64,000 nt of DNA, from NCBI GenBank assembly GCA_902514945.1, contig CABXSO010000003.1, positions 6,439 to 70,438 of the forward strand, read 5' to 3'. The notes under the pieces were generated by a model. The model was given only the letters and a program-made list of their open reading frames with translations, searched no databases and was not told the origin of the DNA. Of this stretch, positions 29,749-40,102 are shown one piece after another. The translations under genes and the position numbers were made by a program. Each line of letters opens with the position of its first letter. The first letter of the stretch is position 1. The DNA comes from an uncultured Pelagibacteraceae bacterium. Its GTDB lineage: Bacteria > Pseudomonadota > Alphaproteobacteria > Pelagibacterales > Pelagibacteraceae.

Positions 29749-30979
29749 TTAGATTTTTTAGCATTTCGAGGGATGATTTTATTCCATCTTCATGAAAACC
29801 GTAACCAAAATAACTACCACAAAAAAGAATATTTCTTTTATTTTGTAAATATTTAAGCTTACTTTGATAATCCAAGGCTGATTGGTCAAAATATGGATGA
29901 GTGAACTTCACTTTTTTTAAAATTTTTGACTCTTCAATCTTAAAATAGGGATTAAGTGTAAGAAATATATTTTTTTCACACTCTAAATTTTGCAGTAAAT
30001 TTAGCCAATAAGTTATTGAATTTTTTTCAATTTCATTTTTTTTCATAGATGAGTTCCAAGAACACCAAGCCTTCTTATTTTTTGGCATTACTGAATGATC
30101 AGTATGAATATAAGCAATATTTTCTTTATAACTAAAGTTAGATAATATTTCTTTTTCCTGATCTGTTGGATTTTCGATCATATCCAATGCTTCATCTGCG
30201 TGTGTTGCTATTATGACTTTGTCGTAGTCAAAAAATTCATCATTTCCTCCATAGTATAAATCGACTCCATTATCTCTACTTTTAATTTTATTAATTTGAT
30301 AATTCTTAAAGTATTCACCACTAATTTTTGATATGATTGTTTCAACATAGGTCCTGCTTCTTTTTGAAACTGTGTACCATTGTGGTCTATTATTTAATTT
30401 AAATAAACCATGATTTTGAAAAAATTTTAAAAAAAACTTTAAGGGCATCTTATTAGCAGCATAAGGTGGCATTGACCAAATAGCAGATACCATCGGTATT
30501 ATATGATAATTTATAAATTCTTTAGAAAGGTTATTTTTTATTAAATAATCACCGAGTGTAATTTCTTTGTCAACTTTATTCGATAAATCTGATTCTTTGT
30601 AAAATCTGATAATATCAAAAACCATTTTTAAAAACCTAAAATTTAACAGGTTCATTCTGTTTGAAAAAATTCCACTTAACCCCTTCCCGCAATATTCAAA
30701 ATTTGAATTTTCTACTTTTACAGAAAATGACATATCACTTTTTTCAATACCAATTTTATTTTCTTCAAAAAATTTGATTAAATTTGGATAGGTTTTAAAA
30801 TTAAAAACAATAAAACCTATATCAACTGGAACTTTTTTTTTTTCAACAATTATGTCAATTGTATGTGAATGTCCCCCAAAGTGATCTTCTTTTTCAAATA
30901 AATCTACGTGGTTATTTTTCGATAAATAATAAGCAGCACTTAATCCTGAGATGCCTGAACCAACAATAGCAATTTTCAT
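29741..30979 (-). CDS. FAD-dependent oxidoreductase, amine-oxidase-like (UfaD-like)
   Basis: GSGISGL, GGHSHT, DIGFIVFN..TYPN, SDMSFS, GFHEDG; upstream of DUF1365 and cfa. Confidence 0.9.
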   Translation of the reverse strand: MKIAIVGSGISGLSAAYYLSKNNHVDLFEKEDHFGGHSHTIDIIVEKKKVPVDIGFIVFNFKTYPNLIKFFEENKIGIEKSDMSFSVKVENSNFEYCGKGLSGIFSNRMNLLNFRFLKMVFDIIRFYKESDLSNKVDKEITLGDYLIKNNLSKEFINYHIIPMVSAIWSMPPYAANKMPLKFFLKFFQNHGLFKLNNRPQWYTVSKRSRTYVETIISKISGEYFKNYQINKIKSRDNGVDLYYGGNDEFFDYDKVIIATHADEALDMIENPTDQEKEILSNFSYKENIAYIHTDHSVMPKNKKAWCSWNSSMKKNEIEKNSITYWLNLLQNLECEKNIFLTLNPYFKIEESKILKKVKFTHPYFDQSALDYQSKLKYLQNKRNILFCGSYFGYGFHEDGIKSSLEMLKNLND

Positions 30980-30985
30980 TAATTA

Positions 30986-33856
30986 TTAAGCTGCATCTTC
31001 TTTAAATTCGTCCATGCTTGGACATGTGCAAAAAATATTTTTATCCCCATATACATTATCCACTCTTGCTACTGGAGGCCAAAACTTATTTGTCTTTAAA
31101 AATTTGGCTGGATAAGCAGCTTCTTCTCTTGAATATTTATGTTTCCAATCATCCGAAGCTAACTCTGTGTCCGTATGAGGAGCATTCTTTATTGGATTAT
31201 CAATTTTATCAAACTTTCCATTTTTAATTAGATCTATTTCCTGTTTTATCTTAATTAACGTATCACAAAATCTATCTATCTCAGACAAATTCTCACTTTC
31301 TGTTGGCTCTATCATCATAGTTCCACTTACAGGCCAAGACATTGTAGGTGCATGAAAACCATAATCGATTAACCTTTTTGCGATGTCTTCCTCTGTAACA
31401 CCTGTTTCTGATTTAATTGATCTAATATCAATAATACATTCATGAGCAACGTTGCCATTTGAGCCTTTATATAAAATTGGATAATGATCTTTTAGTTTGT
31501 TAGCAATATAGTTTGCGTTTAATATCGCTACCTTAGTAGCAAGTTTTAACCCTTCAGATCCCATCATCTTTATGTACATCCAAGAAATAGATAAAATACT
31601 TGAGCTTCCCCACGGGGCCGCCGAAACAGCACCTATGCCAGTTGCAGGTCCACAATCTTTAACAACTGGATGATTAGGTAAATAAACTTGCAGATGTTTT
31701 TTACATGCAATGGGTCCCATTCCAGGTCCTCCTCCACCATGAGGAATACAGAATGTTTTGTGTAAGTTTATATGACAAACATCCGGGCCAAAATTTCCTG
31801 GCTTTGCTATTCCAACAAGTGCATTCAAGTTTGCTCCATCCATGTAAACTTGACCTCCGTGTTTGTGAATTAAGTCACAAATATCTGATATTTTTTCTTC
31901 AAATACACCATGTGTAGATGGATAAGTAACCATTAAAGCTCCAAGATTTTCAGAATGAATTTCTGCTTTTTTCTTCAAATCCTCAAAATCGACATTTCCC
32001 TCTTTATCACAATTAACAACTACAACTTTCATTCCAACCATCTGAGCACTTGCAGGATTGGTTCCATGTGCTGAACTTGGTATCAAGCATATATTTCTAT
32101 TTTTATTGTCTCTGTCTGAATGATATTTTCTAATAACCATTAATCCTGCATATTCACCCTGAGCGCCTGCATTTGGCTGGAGTGAGACTCCTGAAAAACC
32201 AGTAATTGATCTTAACCAATTTTTAAGATCAGTGAACAATGTTCTATATCCCTCCATTTGCTCAATAGGTACAAACGGATGAGGCTCAGCTAATTCTCTC
32301 CATGATATTGGAATCATTTCAGCAGTTGCATTTAACTTCATGGTACATGAACCTAACGCTATCATTGTCCTGTTTAGGGCAATATCTTTGTCCTCTAACC
32401 TCTTTAGATATCTTAACATTTCAGTTTCTGAACGATATGAATTAAAAACTGGATGTTCTAGATATTTTGAAGTTCTTAATAACTTTTTTGGTAAATTAGG
32501 TAAGCTTACTGTAGGATCCTCTTTTTTAATTGACTCTGCTGCATTAAAAATTTTTAATAATTGGTTTACTCTATAAACATTTTTCTTCTCATCAAAAGAA
32601 ACAGCAAGCATTTCAGAATTTACTTTTCTTATATTCACTTTTTGATTTAAAGCATTTTTATAAATTTGATCAGTTTTATCTTTTGTAATAATTGTGACGG
32701 TATCAAAAAAATAATCAGAATATAGTTCGTATCCGGACTGTTTAATTTTATCAGCAAAGTTTTTTGCTAACTGAGATACTCTTTCAGAAATATTTTTTAT
32801 TCCATCTGGACCATGATAGATTGCGTATGCTGCTGAAACTATAGCTAATAATGCCTGGGCAGTACAAATATTGCTTGTGGCTTTATCTCTTCTAATATGC
32901 TGCTCTCTAGTTTGTAATGACAATCTATAAGCCTTATTTCCATGTCTATCTACTGAAACACCTACTATTCTACCTGGCATAGATCTTTTATATTCATCTT
33001 TTGTTGCAAAAAATGCTGCATGCGGTCCTCCATAACCCATTGGAATACCAAACCTTTGAGAACTTCCAACTGCAATATCAGCTCCAAGTTCTCTCGGTGT
33101 TTTGAGTTTAGCAAGCGCAAGAAGATCACAAGCTAAAATTGCTTTACCATTTTTTTTATGAATTTTACTTATTGCCTCGCTAGGATCTTTGATATCACCT
33201 AAGGATCCAGGGTACTGTAAAATTCCGCAAACAATATCCTCTTTTAATTGCTCCAAAACTTCATCTTCATTACCAACAAAAACTTTTAAACCCATGGGCT
33301 CTGCCCGAGTTTTTATAACTTCAATTGTTTGTGGATGACAATTTTCAGAGACAAAAACTAAATTACTATCACTTTTATTAAGCCTGTCACTTAAACCCAT
33401 TGCTTCTGCTGCTGCCGTACCCTCGTCTAGTAAAGATGCATTTGCAATATCCATACCAGTGAAATCAACAACCATTTGTTGAAAGTTTAACAACATTTCT
33501 AATCTTCCTTGCGCTACCTCTGGCTGATAAGGTGTATAAGAAGTATACCAACCTGGATTCTCTAATATATTTCTTAAAATTACATGTGGTGTATAGGTTC
33601 CATAATAACCCATGCCTATAAAGTTTGAGTAAATTTGATTTTTTTTTGAAATTGCTTTCAATTTTCTTAAAGCTTCATATTCTGAATTTGAATCTCCAAT
33701 ATTTAGTTCTCCTTTAAAATGTATTTTTTCAGGAACAGTATTATTTATTAAATCATCCAGTGATTTATAATTTAATTTTTTCAACATCTTTGATTGATCC
33801 TCTTCAGAGGGACCAATATGTCTTTTTAAAAAGTCTTTTTGTGAACTATGTAACAT
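30986..33856 (-). CDS. gcvP: Glycine dehydrogenase (glycine cleavage P protein)
   Basis: YTPYQPEVAQGRLE, TREQHIRRDKATSNICT, LGSCTMK, HLNLHKTF-like motif, GGGGPG. Confidence 0.98.
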   Translation of the reverse strand: MLHSSQKDFLKRHIGPSEEDQSKMLKKLNYKSLDDLINNTVPEKIHFKGELNIGDSNSEYEALRKLKAISKKNQIYSNFIGMGYYGTYTPHVILRNILENPGWYTSYTPYQPEVAQGRLEMLLNFQQMVVDFTGMDIANASLLDEGTAAAEAMGLSDRLNKSDSNLVFVSENCHPQTIEVIKTRAEPMGLKVFVGNEDEVLEQLKEDIVCGILQYPGSLGDIKDPSEAISKIHKKNGKAILACDLLALAKLKTPRELGADIAVGSSQRFGIPMGYGGPHAAFFATKDEYKRSMPGRIVGVSVDRHGNKAYRLSLQTREQHIRRDKATSNICTAQALLAIVSAAYAIYHGPDGIKNISERVSQLAKNFADKIKQSGYELYSDYFFDTVTIITKDKTDQIYKNALNQKVNIRKVNSEMLAVSFDEKKNVYRVNQLLKIFNAAESIKKEDPTVSLPNLPKKLLRTSKYLEHPVFNSYRSETEMLRYLKRLEDKDIALNRTMIALGSCTMKLNATAEMIPISWRELAEPHPFVPIEQMEGYRTLFTDLKNWLRSITGFSGVSLQPNAGAQGEYAGLMVIRKYHSDRDNKNRNICLIPSSAHGTNPASAQMVGMKVVVVNCDKEGNVDFEDLKKKAEIHSENLGALMVTYPSTHGVFEEKISDICDLIHKHGGQVYMDGANLNALVGIAKPGNFGPDVCHINLHKTFCIPHGGGGPGMGPIACKKHLQVYLPNHPVVKDCGPATGIGAVSAAPWGSSSILSISWMYIKMMGSEGLKLATKVAILNANYIANKLKDHYPILYKGSNGNVAHECIIDIRSIKSETGVTEEDIAKRLIDYGFHAPTMSWPVSGTMMIEPTESENLSEIDRFCDTLIKIKQEIDLIKNGKFDKIDNPIKNAPHTDTELASDDWKHKYSREEAAYPAKFLKTNKFWPPVARVDNVYGDKNIFCTCPSMDEFKEDAA

Positions 33857-34236
33857 TATGAATTACTTTCCTTTGCAAATTTATCGTAATCTTCTTTGTT
33901 CATTAAAGAGTCCATTTCTGACTTGTCTTTAATTTTTAATTTAAAAAACCAAGCATTGTACTCAGGATCTTGATTTATTTTTGATGGATCATCTACAATT
34001 TCTTGATTTGTATCTAATACTTCCCCACTGACTGGAGTATAAACATCGCTTGCAGCTTTAGTAGACTCTACAACCCCTGCCGTTCCATCCTTTTCTACAC
34101 TAGAACCTTTTTCTGGAAGCTCTGCAAACACAATATCTCCTAGCATCTCCGTTGCATGCTTTGTTATACCAATCGTTGCAACATCACCCTCTAATTTTAT
34201 CCATTCATGTTCTTTGGAATATTTAACTTCACTCAT
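33856..34236 (-). CDS. gcvH: Glycine cleavage H protein
   Basis: [20 protein letters not shown] lipoyl-Lys motif. Confidence 0.97.
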   Translation of the reverse strand: MSEVKYSKEHEWIKLEGDVATIGITKHATEMLGDIVFAELPEKGSSVEKDGTAGVVESTKAASDVYTPVSGEVLDTNQEIVDDPSKINQDPEYNAWFFKLKIKDKSEMDSLMNKEDYDKFAKESNS

Positions 34237-35339
34237 TAGTTCGATCCTTTCACATAACTTTTTTTATAAAATGGTAAGCTACAAACGCTGGCTGCATGTT
34301 TTTTACCTCTCACCTCTAAGAATACTTTTGTATTTTTTTCAGAAAATTTATTTTCCACATAACCCATTGCTACAGGTCCATTAACACTCGGACCAAATGT
34401 GCCACTGGTAATCTCTCCAATATGAACATCTGATTGATTAAATATTTTTGTTTTTTCTCTAGCAATTACCCTTCCCTCAGGTTTAATTCCAACTCTAATT
34501 TTTGTAACACCATTGTTCAATTGTTTAATAATAATGTCTGAACCCATAAAGCCTCCTTTAGATATTCTCTCTTTTGAAATTGCCCACTTTAAATTTGCTT
34601 CCACCGGGGTTTTGTCTTTATCAAGATCATGACCGTACAAACATAAGCCAGCTTCTAATCTTAATGTGTCTCTTGCTCCTAAACCCACTAGCTTCGAACC
34701 TTTATCAATTAATTCTCTGGTCAATTTATCTGCAAAATTATTTAGAATTGATATCTCGAAACCATCTTCACCTGTATACCCAGATCGAGTGATGTATACT
34801 TTTTGATTATCAAATAAGAACCAGTTTCCAGACATAAAATTTAAATCATTTACTCCGTCAATGACATCATTTAGGATTTGCGATGATTTAGGTCCCTGAA
34901 TTGCTATTAAAGATCTATTTTCATCCAAAACCATTTTATACTTTTCGTTTAACAGTTCCTTTAAAATTTTGAAATCATTGTTTTTACATGCTGCATTAAG
35001 AATTATTAAAAAACCCTCATTAATTTTTGTAATGATTAAATCATCTTGTATTCCAGCATCTTTATCCATTAAGAAGCTGTATTTAGAATGATTTAGTTTC
35101 AAATTTTTCAAATCTAATGGAAAAATTTTTTCTAAATCTTTGATTAGTTCATCGCCACCATAAATAAATAATTGACCCATATGTGAAACATCAAAAATAC
35201 CAGAGTGATTTCTTGTAAATTTATGCTCCTCTACAATACCTTCAGAATATTGGATTGGCATTTGATAACCTGCAAATTCAACAAACTTTGCGTTACAATC
35301 TTGGTGTAATTGGTAAAGCGATGTTTTTTTTGTTTCCAT
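34236..35339 (-). CDS. gcvT: Aminomethyltransferase (glycine cleavage T protein)
   Basis: [33 protein letters not shown]. Confidence 0.97.
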   Translation of the reverse strand: METKKTSLYQLHQDCNAKFVEFAGYQMPIQYSEGIVEEHKFTRNHSGIFDVSHMGQLFIYGGDELIKDLEKIFPLDLKNLKLNHSKYSFLMDKDAGIQDDLIITKINEGFLIILNAACKNNDFKILKELLNEKYKMVLDENRSLIAIQGPKSSQILNDVIDGVNDLNFMSGNWFLFDNQKVYITRSGYTGEDGFEISILNNFADKLTRELIDKGSKLVGLGARDTLRLEAGLCLYGHDLDKDKTPVEANLKWAISKERISKGGFMGSDIIIKQLNNGVTKIRVGIKPEGRVIAREKTKIFNQSDVHIGEITSGTFGPSVNGPVAMGYVENKFSEKNTKVFLEVRGKKHAASVCSLPFYKKSYVKGSN

Positions 35340-35354
35340 ATTAACTCATTTTAC

Positions 35355-35500
35355 CCATCTGTATATTTGCCTGAGAGTTTTGCTCCTTCGGCGAGAATTA
35401 AATCTCTTTCCAGAGTTAATATGTTACGGTCCTTTTTGCCTGAGAGATTCCTGGGTAGTTGCTCCTTCGGCGCTACGATAAACTGTAGTCTCTCCCGTAG
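35355..35500 (-). ncRNA. Tandem glycine riboswitch
   Basis: Minus strand has two aptamers: GGAGAGA..CGCCGAAGGAGCAA..CTCTCAGG (35499-35425) and GGAAAGA..CGCCGAAGGAGCAAAACTCTCAGG (35414-35358), directly upstream of gcvT. Confidence 0.95.
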
Positions 35501-35529
35501 ATCAATAGTCCTATAAGTAACTTAAAATG

Positions 35530-36411
35530 TCAATTGGAAACGATTGCTTTTGGTTTTTTTAAAAGCGTATAAAACTGTAATAATACAGCAAAAAGTATTA
35601 TTGCTCCTCCTATCAACCCATATAACGATGGTATTTCACTTACAAAAAGAAAAGCCCAAATAGGACCAAGAATAGATTCGGATAGCATGATTATTCCAAC
35701 CATTGCAGAAGGGGTTGTTCTTGCACCAATTGTTATAAAAATAAAACCAAAACCTATTTGAAAAAATCCAGCTAAAAAACCTAAAAAAATATCATGAGGT
35801 GAAATCATTATAGTAGGTGAAAGTGATAAACCAATAAAACATGAACTTATACCTGCAACGAACTGTGCTGGGACCATATCAACTGATGGAAATTTTCTAA
35901 CGATCATTATCAAAACTGCAAAAGTAATTGGCATTGTGAAAGCTGCTAAATTTCCAGATAATTCTCCTGGAGATAATGAATTTCCAACCATTAACAATAC
36001 TCCGGACATTGCTAAAATAATTGAAATTAAAGTAATTAAATTAATTTTTTCTTTTAAGAAGAAGAAACCAAATATAGCTAAAAATAAAATTTGAAGTGAT
36101 ATGATGAAATTAGTATTAGCAACAGTAGTGTTATACATAGCAAAAACATAACCACAAAAACCAATAGATAATATTAATCCACCAATAAAACCTGGTAATC
36201 CAGAGTCATAAAATGATTTTAAAACTTTGCTCTTATAAGTGATTATCAAAAAAGTTAAAACTGTAAGAGAGAAAAATAAGGATCTCCAAAATAATATTTG
36301 CCATAATGTTGCTCCCTCAAAAGATTTTACTATTAGTCCACCAAAGCTTAAACTAAGAGCACCAAAAAATATCAGTAATGGACCGGGTAAACTTTTTAAA
36401 ATATTCATCAA
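35530..36411 (-). CDS. DMT/EamA family transporter
   Basis: About 10 TM; SFGGLIVK, FWRS, TTVAN, LKEK, E.ILGP.W. Confidence 0.88.
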   Translation of the reverse strand: MMNILKSLPGPLLIFFGALSLSFGGLIVKSFEGATLWQILFWRSLFFSLTVLTFLIITYKSKVLKSFYDSGLPGFIGGLILSIGFCGYVFAMYNTTVANTNFIISLQILFLAIFGFFFLKEKINLITLISIILAMSGVLLMVGNSLSPGELSGNLAAFTMPITFAVLIMIVRKFPSVDMVPAQFVAGISSCFIGLSLSPTIMISPHDIFLGFLAGFFQIGFGFIFITIGARTTPSAMVGIIMLSESILGPIWAFLFVSEIPSLYGLIGGAIILFAVLLQFYTLLKKPKAIVSN

Positions 36412-37352
36412 ATTTGAGAAATTAAATTTTGAGTTTCTAGTTCATACAGTTTAAAAAGGTTTTCTGCACTAGTTAAATCAACCTCCTGAAATTTAATTCT
36501 TGAACCAGGTGTTAATTGAACTAATTTGTCATAATCAGCACTTATAACTACACCAATCTTGGGATAACCTCCAATAGTGCCATGATCTGAAAGCATGATA
36601 ATTGGATTACCATCAGCTGGTACTTGTATTACCCCCCTAATCAAACCCTCAGATCTAATATTTGTATCAACTATATTTTCTATTTTTTTTCCCTCTAATC
36701 TCATTCCCATACGGTCAGATAATTTAGAGACTTTAAATTCGTCTTTAAAAAAAATTTTTTTTCCTTCCTCAGAGAAATAATTGAAATTTGTTCCCTTAAT
36801 TACTCTGATATTTTCTATCTTTGTATTACTATAATTTAATTTTTTATTTACATAGTTTGTATTAATTTCTTTGATATTAATTTTTTGTTTAACAGATAAC
36901 TTTTTTCCATTATTAGAACCTATATTTGCTTTTGTATTTATTGAACAACTGGACCATTGAAATTCTAGATAAAACTTACCACTTATTGATAGATATCCAT
37001 ATACAGATTTATTAGTCGATATAACATCTAGCTCATCATTATTTTCTAAAATAAAAGACTTGTAACATTCTCCATCAACTAAATTATCACCTTTTTTAAT
37101 TTTAAAACTTACATCGCCGGTGATAGCAATATTAATTTTATCTCCGTGATATTTCAAATGAGGTCCCTGGTAAGCAAATTCTATCACTGGACCATTAAGA
37201 TCATTTCCAGTCAGTTTGTTAGCTAATAAATAATTTCTATTATCCATGGCTCCACTGAATGGGATCCCTATGTGATATAGGTTTTTTCTGCCAAGATCTT
37301 GGAAAGTTGAATTAATACCAGCCCTTAAAATTTCAAAATAATTTTTATTCAT
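36408..37352 (-). CDS. pxpC: 5-oxoprolinase subunit C (AHS2 family)
   Basis: QDLGR, SGAMD, SDRMGMRL, G.IQVP..G.PII, T.GGYPK. Confidence 0.88.
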   Translation of the reverse strand: MNKNYFEILRAGINSTFQDLGRKNLYHIGIPFSGAMDNRNYLLANKLTGNDLNGPVIEFAYQGPHLKYHGDKINIAITGDVSFKIKKGDNLVDGECYKSFILENNDELDVISTNKSVYGYLSISGKFYLEFQWSSCSINTKANIGSNNGKKLSVKQKINIKEINTNYVNKKLNYSNTKIENIRVIKGTNFNYFSEEGKKIFFKDEFKVSKLSDRMGMRLEGKKIENIVDTNIRSEGLIRGVIQVPADGNPIIMLSDHGTIGGYPKIGVVISADYDKLVQLTPGSRIKFQEVDLTSAENLFKLYELETQNLISQI

Positions 37353-38019
37353 GATAATTTTGATATTTCTCTTTAGTAATTCTTTTAAAAGTAACTAAAT
37401 CACCCGGATTAATTAAATTTGGCTCATTTTCTTTAGAACTGTCAAAAATACTTAATGGAGTATTACCAATAATATTCCATCCTCCAGGACTTTCAAATGT
37501 ATAGATATTGGCAAATTGCTCAGTTATACCAATTGAACCTTTTGGTACCTTAACTCTCGGAGTATCAAGACGATTTGCTCTAAGATTTTCCTCTAAATCT
37601 CCAAGAAAAGGCATTCCTGCAATAAAACCTGTCATATAACAAAAAAATTCCTTTTCAAAAAAATTTTCATAAATCTTTTCTTCCTTCATCTTAAGTTTAT
37701 CCTCTAACCTTTTTATATCTAGGGAATATTCTTTTTCACAACAGATGGGAATTTCTAATTTTTTATTTTGAACACTATCTAACTTGATGATTTCAATATT
37801 ATCAATAATCTTTTTAAGTTTATTAAAATTGATTTTTTTAAGATCAAAAGAAATGATTAATTTATTATATGATGGAGTAATATTAATTATCCCTGTAATA
37901 TTTTTTTTTTGAATAGTTTTAAAATATTTTATTACTTGAGTATTAATCTCTTTATTTACCTCTTTACCAAAATCACAATATAAAGCTGCGTCACCAAGAT
38001 TTGATATATTTTTTATCAT
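37345..38019 (-). CDS. pxpB: 5-oxoprolinase subunit B (AHS1/KipI family)
   Basis: GDAAL, PSY, GF..G.PFL, PR..VP.GS, SPGGWNIIG. Confidence 0.88.
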   Translation of the reverse strand: MIKNISNLGDAALYCDFGKEVNKEINTQVIKYFKTIQKKNITGIINITPSYNKLIISFDLKKINFNKLKKIIDNIEIIKLDSVQNKKLEIPICCEKEYSLDIKRLEDKLKMKEEKIYENFFEKEFFCYMTGFIAGMPFLGDLEENLRANRLDTPRVKVPKGSIGITEQFANIYTFESPGGWNIIGNTPLSIFDSSKENEPNLINPGDLVTFKRITKEKYQNYHE

Positions 38020-38023
38020 GCCA

Positions 38024-38032
38024 TGTTATACT
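38024..38032 (+). promoter_or_regulatory. Extended -10 promoter element for pxpA
   Basis: TGTTATACT ending 8 nt before ATG 38041. Confidence 0.5.
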
Positions 38033-38040
38033 GAAGAATA

Positions 38041-38820
38041 ATGACTATTGAAATTAATATAAATTGTGATTTAGGTGAAAAATCTAAACATCACTCTAAC
38101 AAGCATGATCCTGACTTACTTGAGATAGTCAATTCAGCAAACATAGCATGTGGTTATCATGCTGGTGATGAAGAAACTATGAATACAATTGTGAAAATAT
38201 CAAAAAAAAATGGTGTTAGTATTGGAGCACATCCATCTTTTAATGATCCTGAAAATTTTGGCAGAGAAAGAATGGATTTATCTGAAGTAGAGATAGAAAA
38301 ATTATTAATTGATCAATATGAGATTCTTCAGTCAATTTCATCTAATCACGGTGAAAATGTTACTCATATAAAACCGCATGGTGCTCTAAATAATATGGCA
38401 TGTGAAGATATTGATTTAGCTACAACATTAGCAAAAGTAATAAAAAGAATAAATCCAGAGTTGATTTATTTAGTGCCAACTGGATCTAAAATGGAACACG
38501 CTGCTAAAAAGTTAGATATGAAAATTGCCTGTGAAATATTTGCAGACAGAAATTATGAGGATGATGGAAATCTTGTATCAAGAAAAAAGCCCCATGCTTT
38601 AATTACTGATCCAGAACAAGCAAAAAAACATGTATTAAAGATGGTTCAAACTAAGTCACTTAATTGTCACAGCGGAAAACAAATACCTTGTGAAATCGAT
38701 TCTGTTTGTATACATGGTGATAATTTAAGTTCTCTAGCAATAGCCAAATCAATTAAAACGGACTTGCTAAATAACAGAATTAAACTTAGAACGTTAAATA
38801 AAATGAAAAAATTTATATGA
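38041..38820 (+). CDS. pxpA: 5-oxoprolinase subunit A (LamB/YcsF)
   Basis: NCDLGE, SANIACGYHAGD, GAHPS, HIKPHGAL, FADR.Y, CIHGD. Confidence 0.93.
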   Translation: MTIEININCDLGEKSKHHSNKHDPDLLEIVNSANIACGYHAGDEETMNTIVKISKKNGVSIGAHPSFNDPENFGRERMDLSEVEIEKLLIDQYEILQSISSNHGENVTHIKPHGALNNMACEDIDLATTLAKVIKRINPELIYLVPTGSKMEHAAKKLDMKIACEIFADRNYEDDGNLVSRKKPHALITDPEQAKKHVLKMVQTKSLNCHSGKQIPCEIDSVCIHGDNLSSLAIAKSIKTDLLNNRIKLRTLNKMKKFI

Positions 38821-39308
38821 TTAAACACTTACTTTTATCTGTTGCGTTTTCGGCTTTTTTAGTTTCAAATTCGTTTGCTGCAGGCTCTAGTGACAGTAGT
38901 TCTTCCAGCACTGAAACCAAATATGATATGGCGGTAACGCATATTAAAGTAGCGAAAAAATTTGAGGAAAAAGATAAAATAGAAAAGGCAAAGAAAAGAT
39001 ACGAGAAAGCTCAAAAGCTTCTACTTCAATCAAACAAAAAATATCCTAACAAAGCTGATACATTAAATTATTTAGGTTTCACTACTCGAAAACTTGGAGA
39101 TTTTGAAAATGGTGAAAAATACTACTTACAGGGTTTGAAAATTGACCCTAAACACACAGGTATCAACGAATACTTAGGAGAGTTATATGTAGCAACAAAT
39201 AGACATAATCTTGCAGTTGAAAGACTTAAGGTGCTTAAAGGTTGTAACTGTAAAGAATATGACGATTTGGAAGCTATAATTGCCGGTAAAAAAGTTTCAA
39301 AATATTAA
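38817..39308 (+). CDS. Exported tetratricopeptide repeat protein
   Basis: Signal peptide, Ser-rich linker, ADTLNYLGF..RKLG, EYLGELY. Confidence 0.85.
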   Translation: MIKHLLLSVAFSAFLVSNSFAAGSSDSSSSSTETKYDMAVTHIKVAKKFEEKDKIEKAKKRYEKAQKLLLQSNKKYPNKADTLNYLGFTTRKLGDFENGEKYYLQGLKIDPKHTGINEYLGELYVATNRHNLAVERLKVLKGCNCKEYDDLEAIIAGKKVSKY

Positions 39309-39368
39309 TCTATATTTTAAAAGACATCTTAAAGCTTATAATATAAATTATTCAAATTAATTATTAAA

Positions 39369-39980
39369 TTGTTAGAAGAATCTCTCATACTCTTACAAAT
39401 TATTTTCATAGATATTATCTTAGCTGCAGATAATGCAATTATAATTGGTTTAATTGCTGCTAACTTTGTGCCTAAAAATAGAAAATTGATTATTTTCTGG
39501 GGTGTTGTTGGTGCACTCGTTTTTAAAGTTTTATTTGCTGTTTTTGCAACTTACCTATTCCAATTTTATTGGGTTAAAATTATTGGGGGGCTTTTGTTAA
39601 TATGGATTGTAAATGATTTGAGAAAGGATTTATTTGAGATTAAAAAAATTAAATCACCAACCAAAAAATCTAAGGAGCCATCTTTTATAAAAAGTATTTA
39701 TAAAGTTCTTTTTGCAGATATAACAATTAGCTTTGATAACGTCATAGGTGTTGTGGGTGCTGCTAAAGGAAATTTTGGTTATATGATGTTTGGACTTATT
39801 TTATCAGTTGTCTTAACAGGTGCGCTTGCAACTTATCTGGCAAACTATATTCAAAAACATCTTTGGATCGCCTATGTTGGTTTAGGTTTTATTCTACTCG
39901 TCGCATTACAACTAATTATCGGTGGGTTAAATGATTATGGTGTCTTATCGATTAACGAAACCTTTAAAAAATATTTTTAA
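39369..39980 (+). CDS. TerC/YjbE family membrane protein
   Basis: DIILAADNAIII, ADITISFDNVIGV. Confidence 0.88.
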   Translation: MLEESLILLQIIFIDIILAADNAIIIGLIAANFVPKNRKLIIFWGVVGALVFKVLFAVFATYLFQFYWVKIIGGLLLIWIVNDLRKDLFEIKKIKSPTKKSKEPSFIKSIYKVLFADITISFDNVIGVVGAAKGNFGYMMFGLILSVVLTGALATYLANYIQKHLWIAYVGLGFILLVALQLIIGGLNDYGVLSINETFKKYF

Positions 39981-40102
39981 CCGTATTATTTGTTGATAAA
40001 ACATATAATTTTTAAGAAAAATTAAATAATTTGCTTATTGAAAGTTTCTAAAATTAGGTTTTAATTTAGATTTTAAAAATTATTAACAATATAAGGAAAA
40101 TA

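Noticed and set aside
35367-35472. Direct repeats TTGCCTGAGAG and TGCTCCTTCGGCG
   Set aside because: Conserved cores of the two riboswitch aptamers; not CRISPR or mobile-element repeats
35310-35516. 68-aa plus-strand ORF
   Set aside because: It is the antisense of the glycine riboswitch
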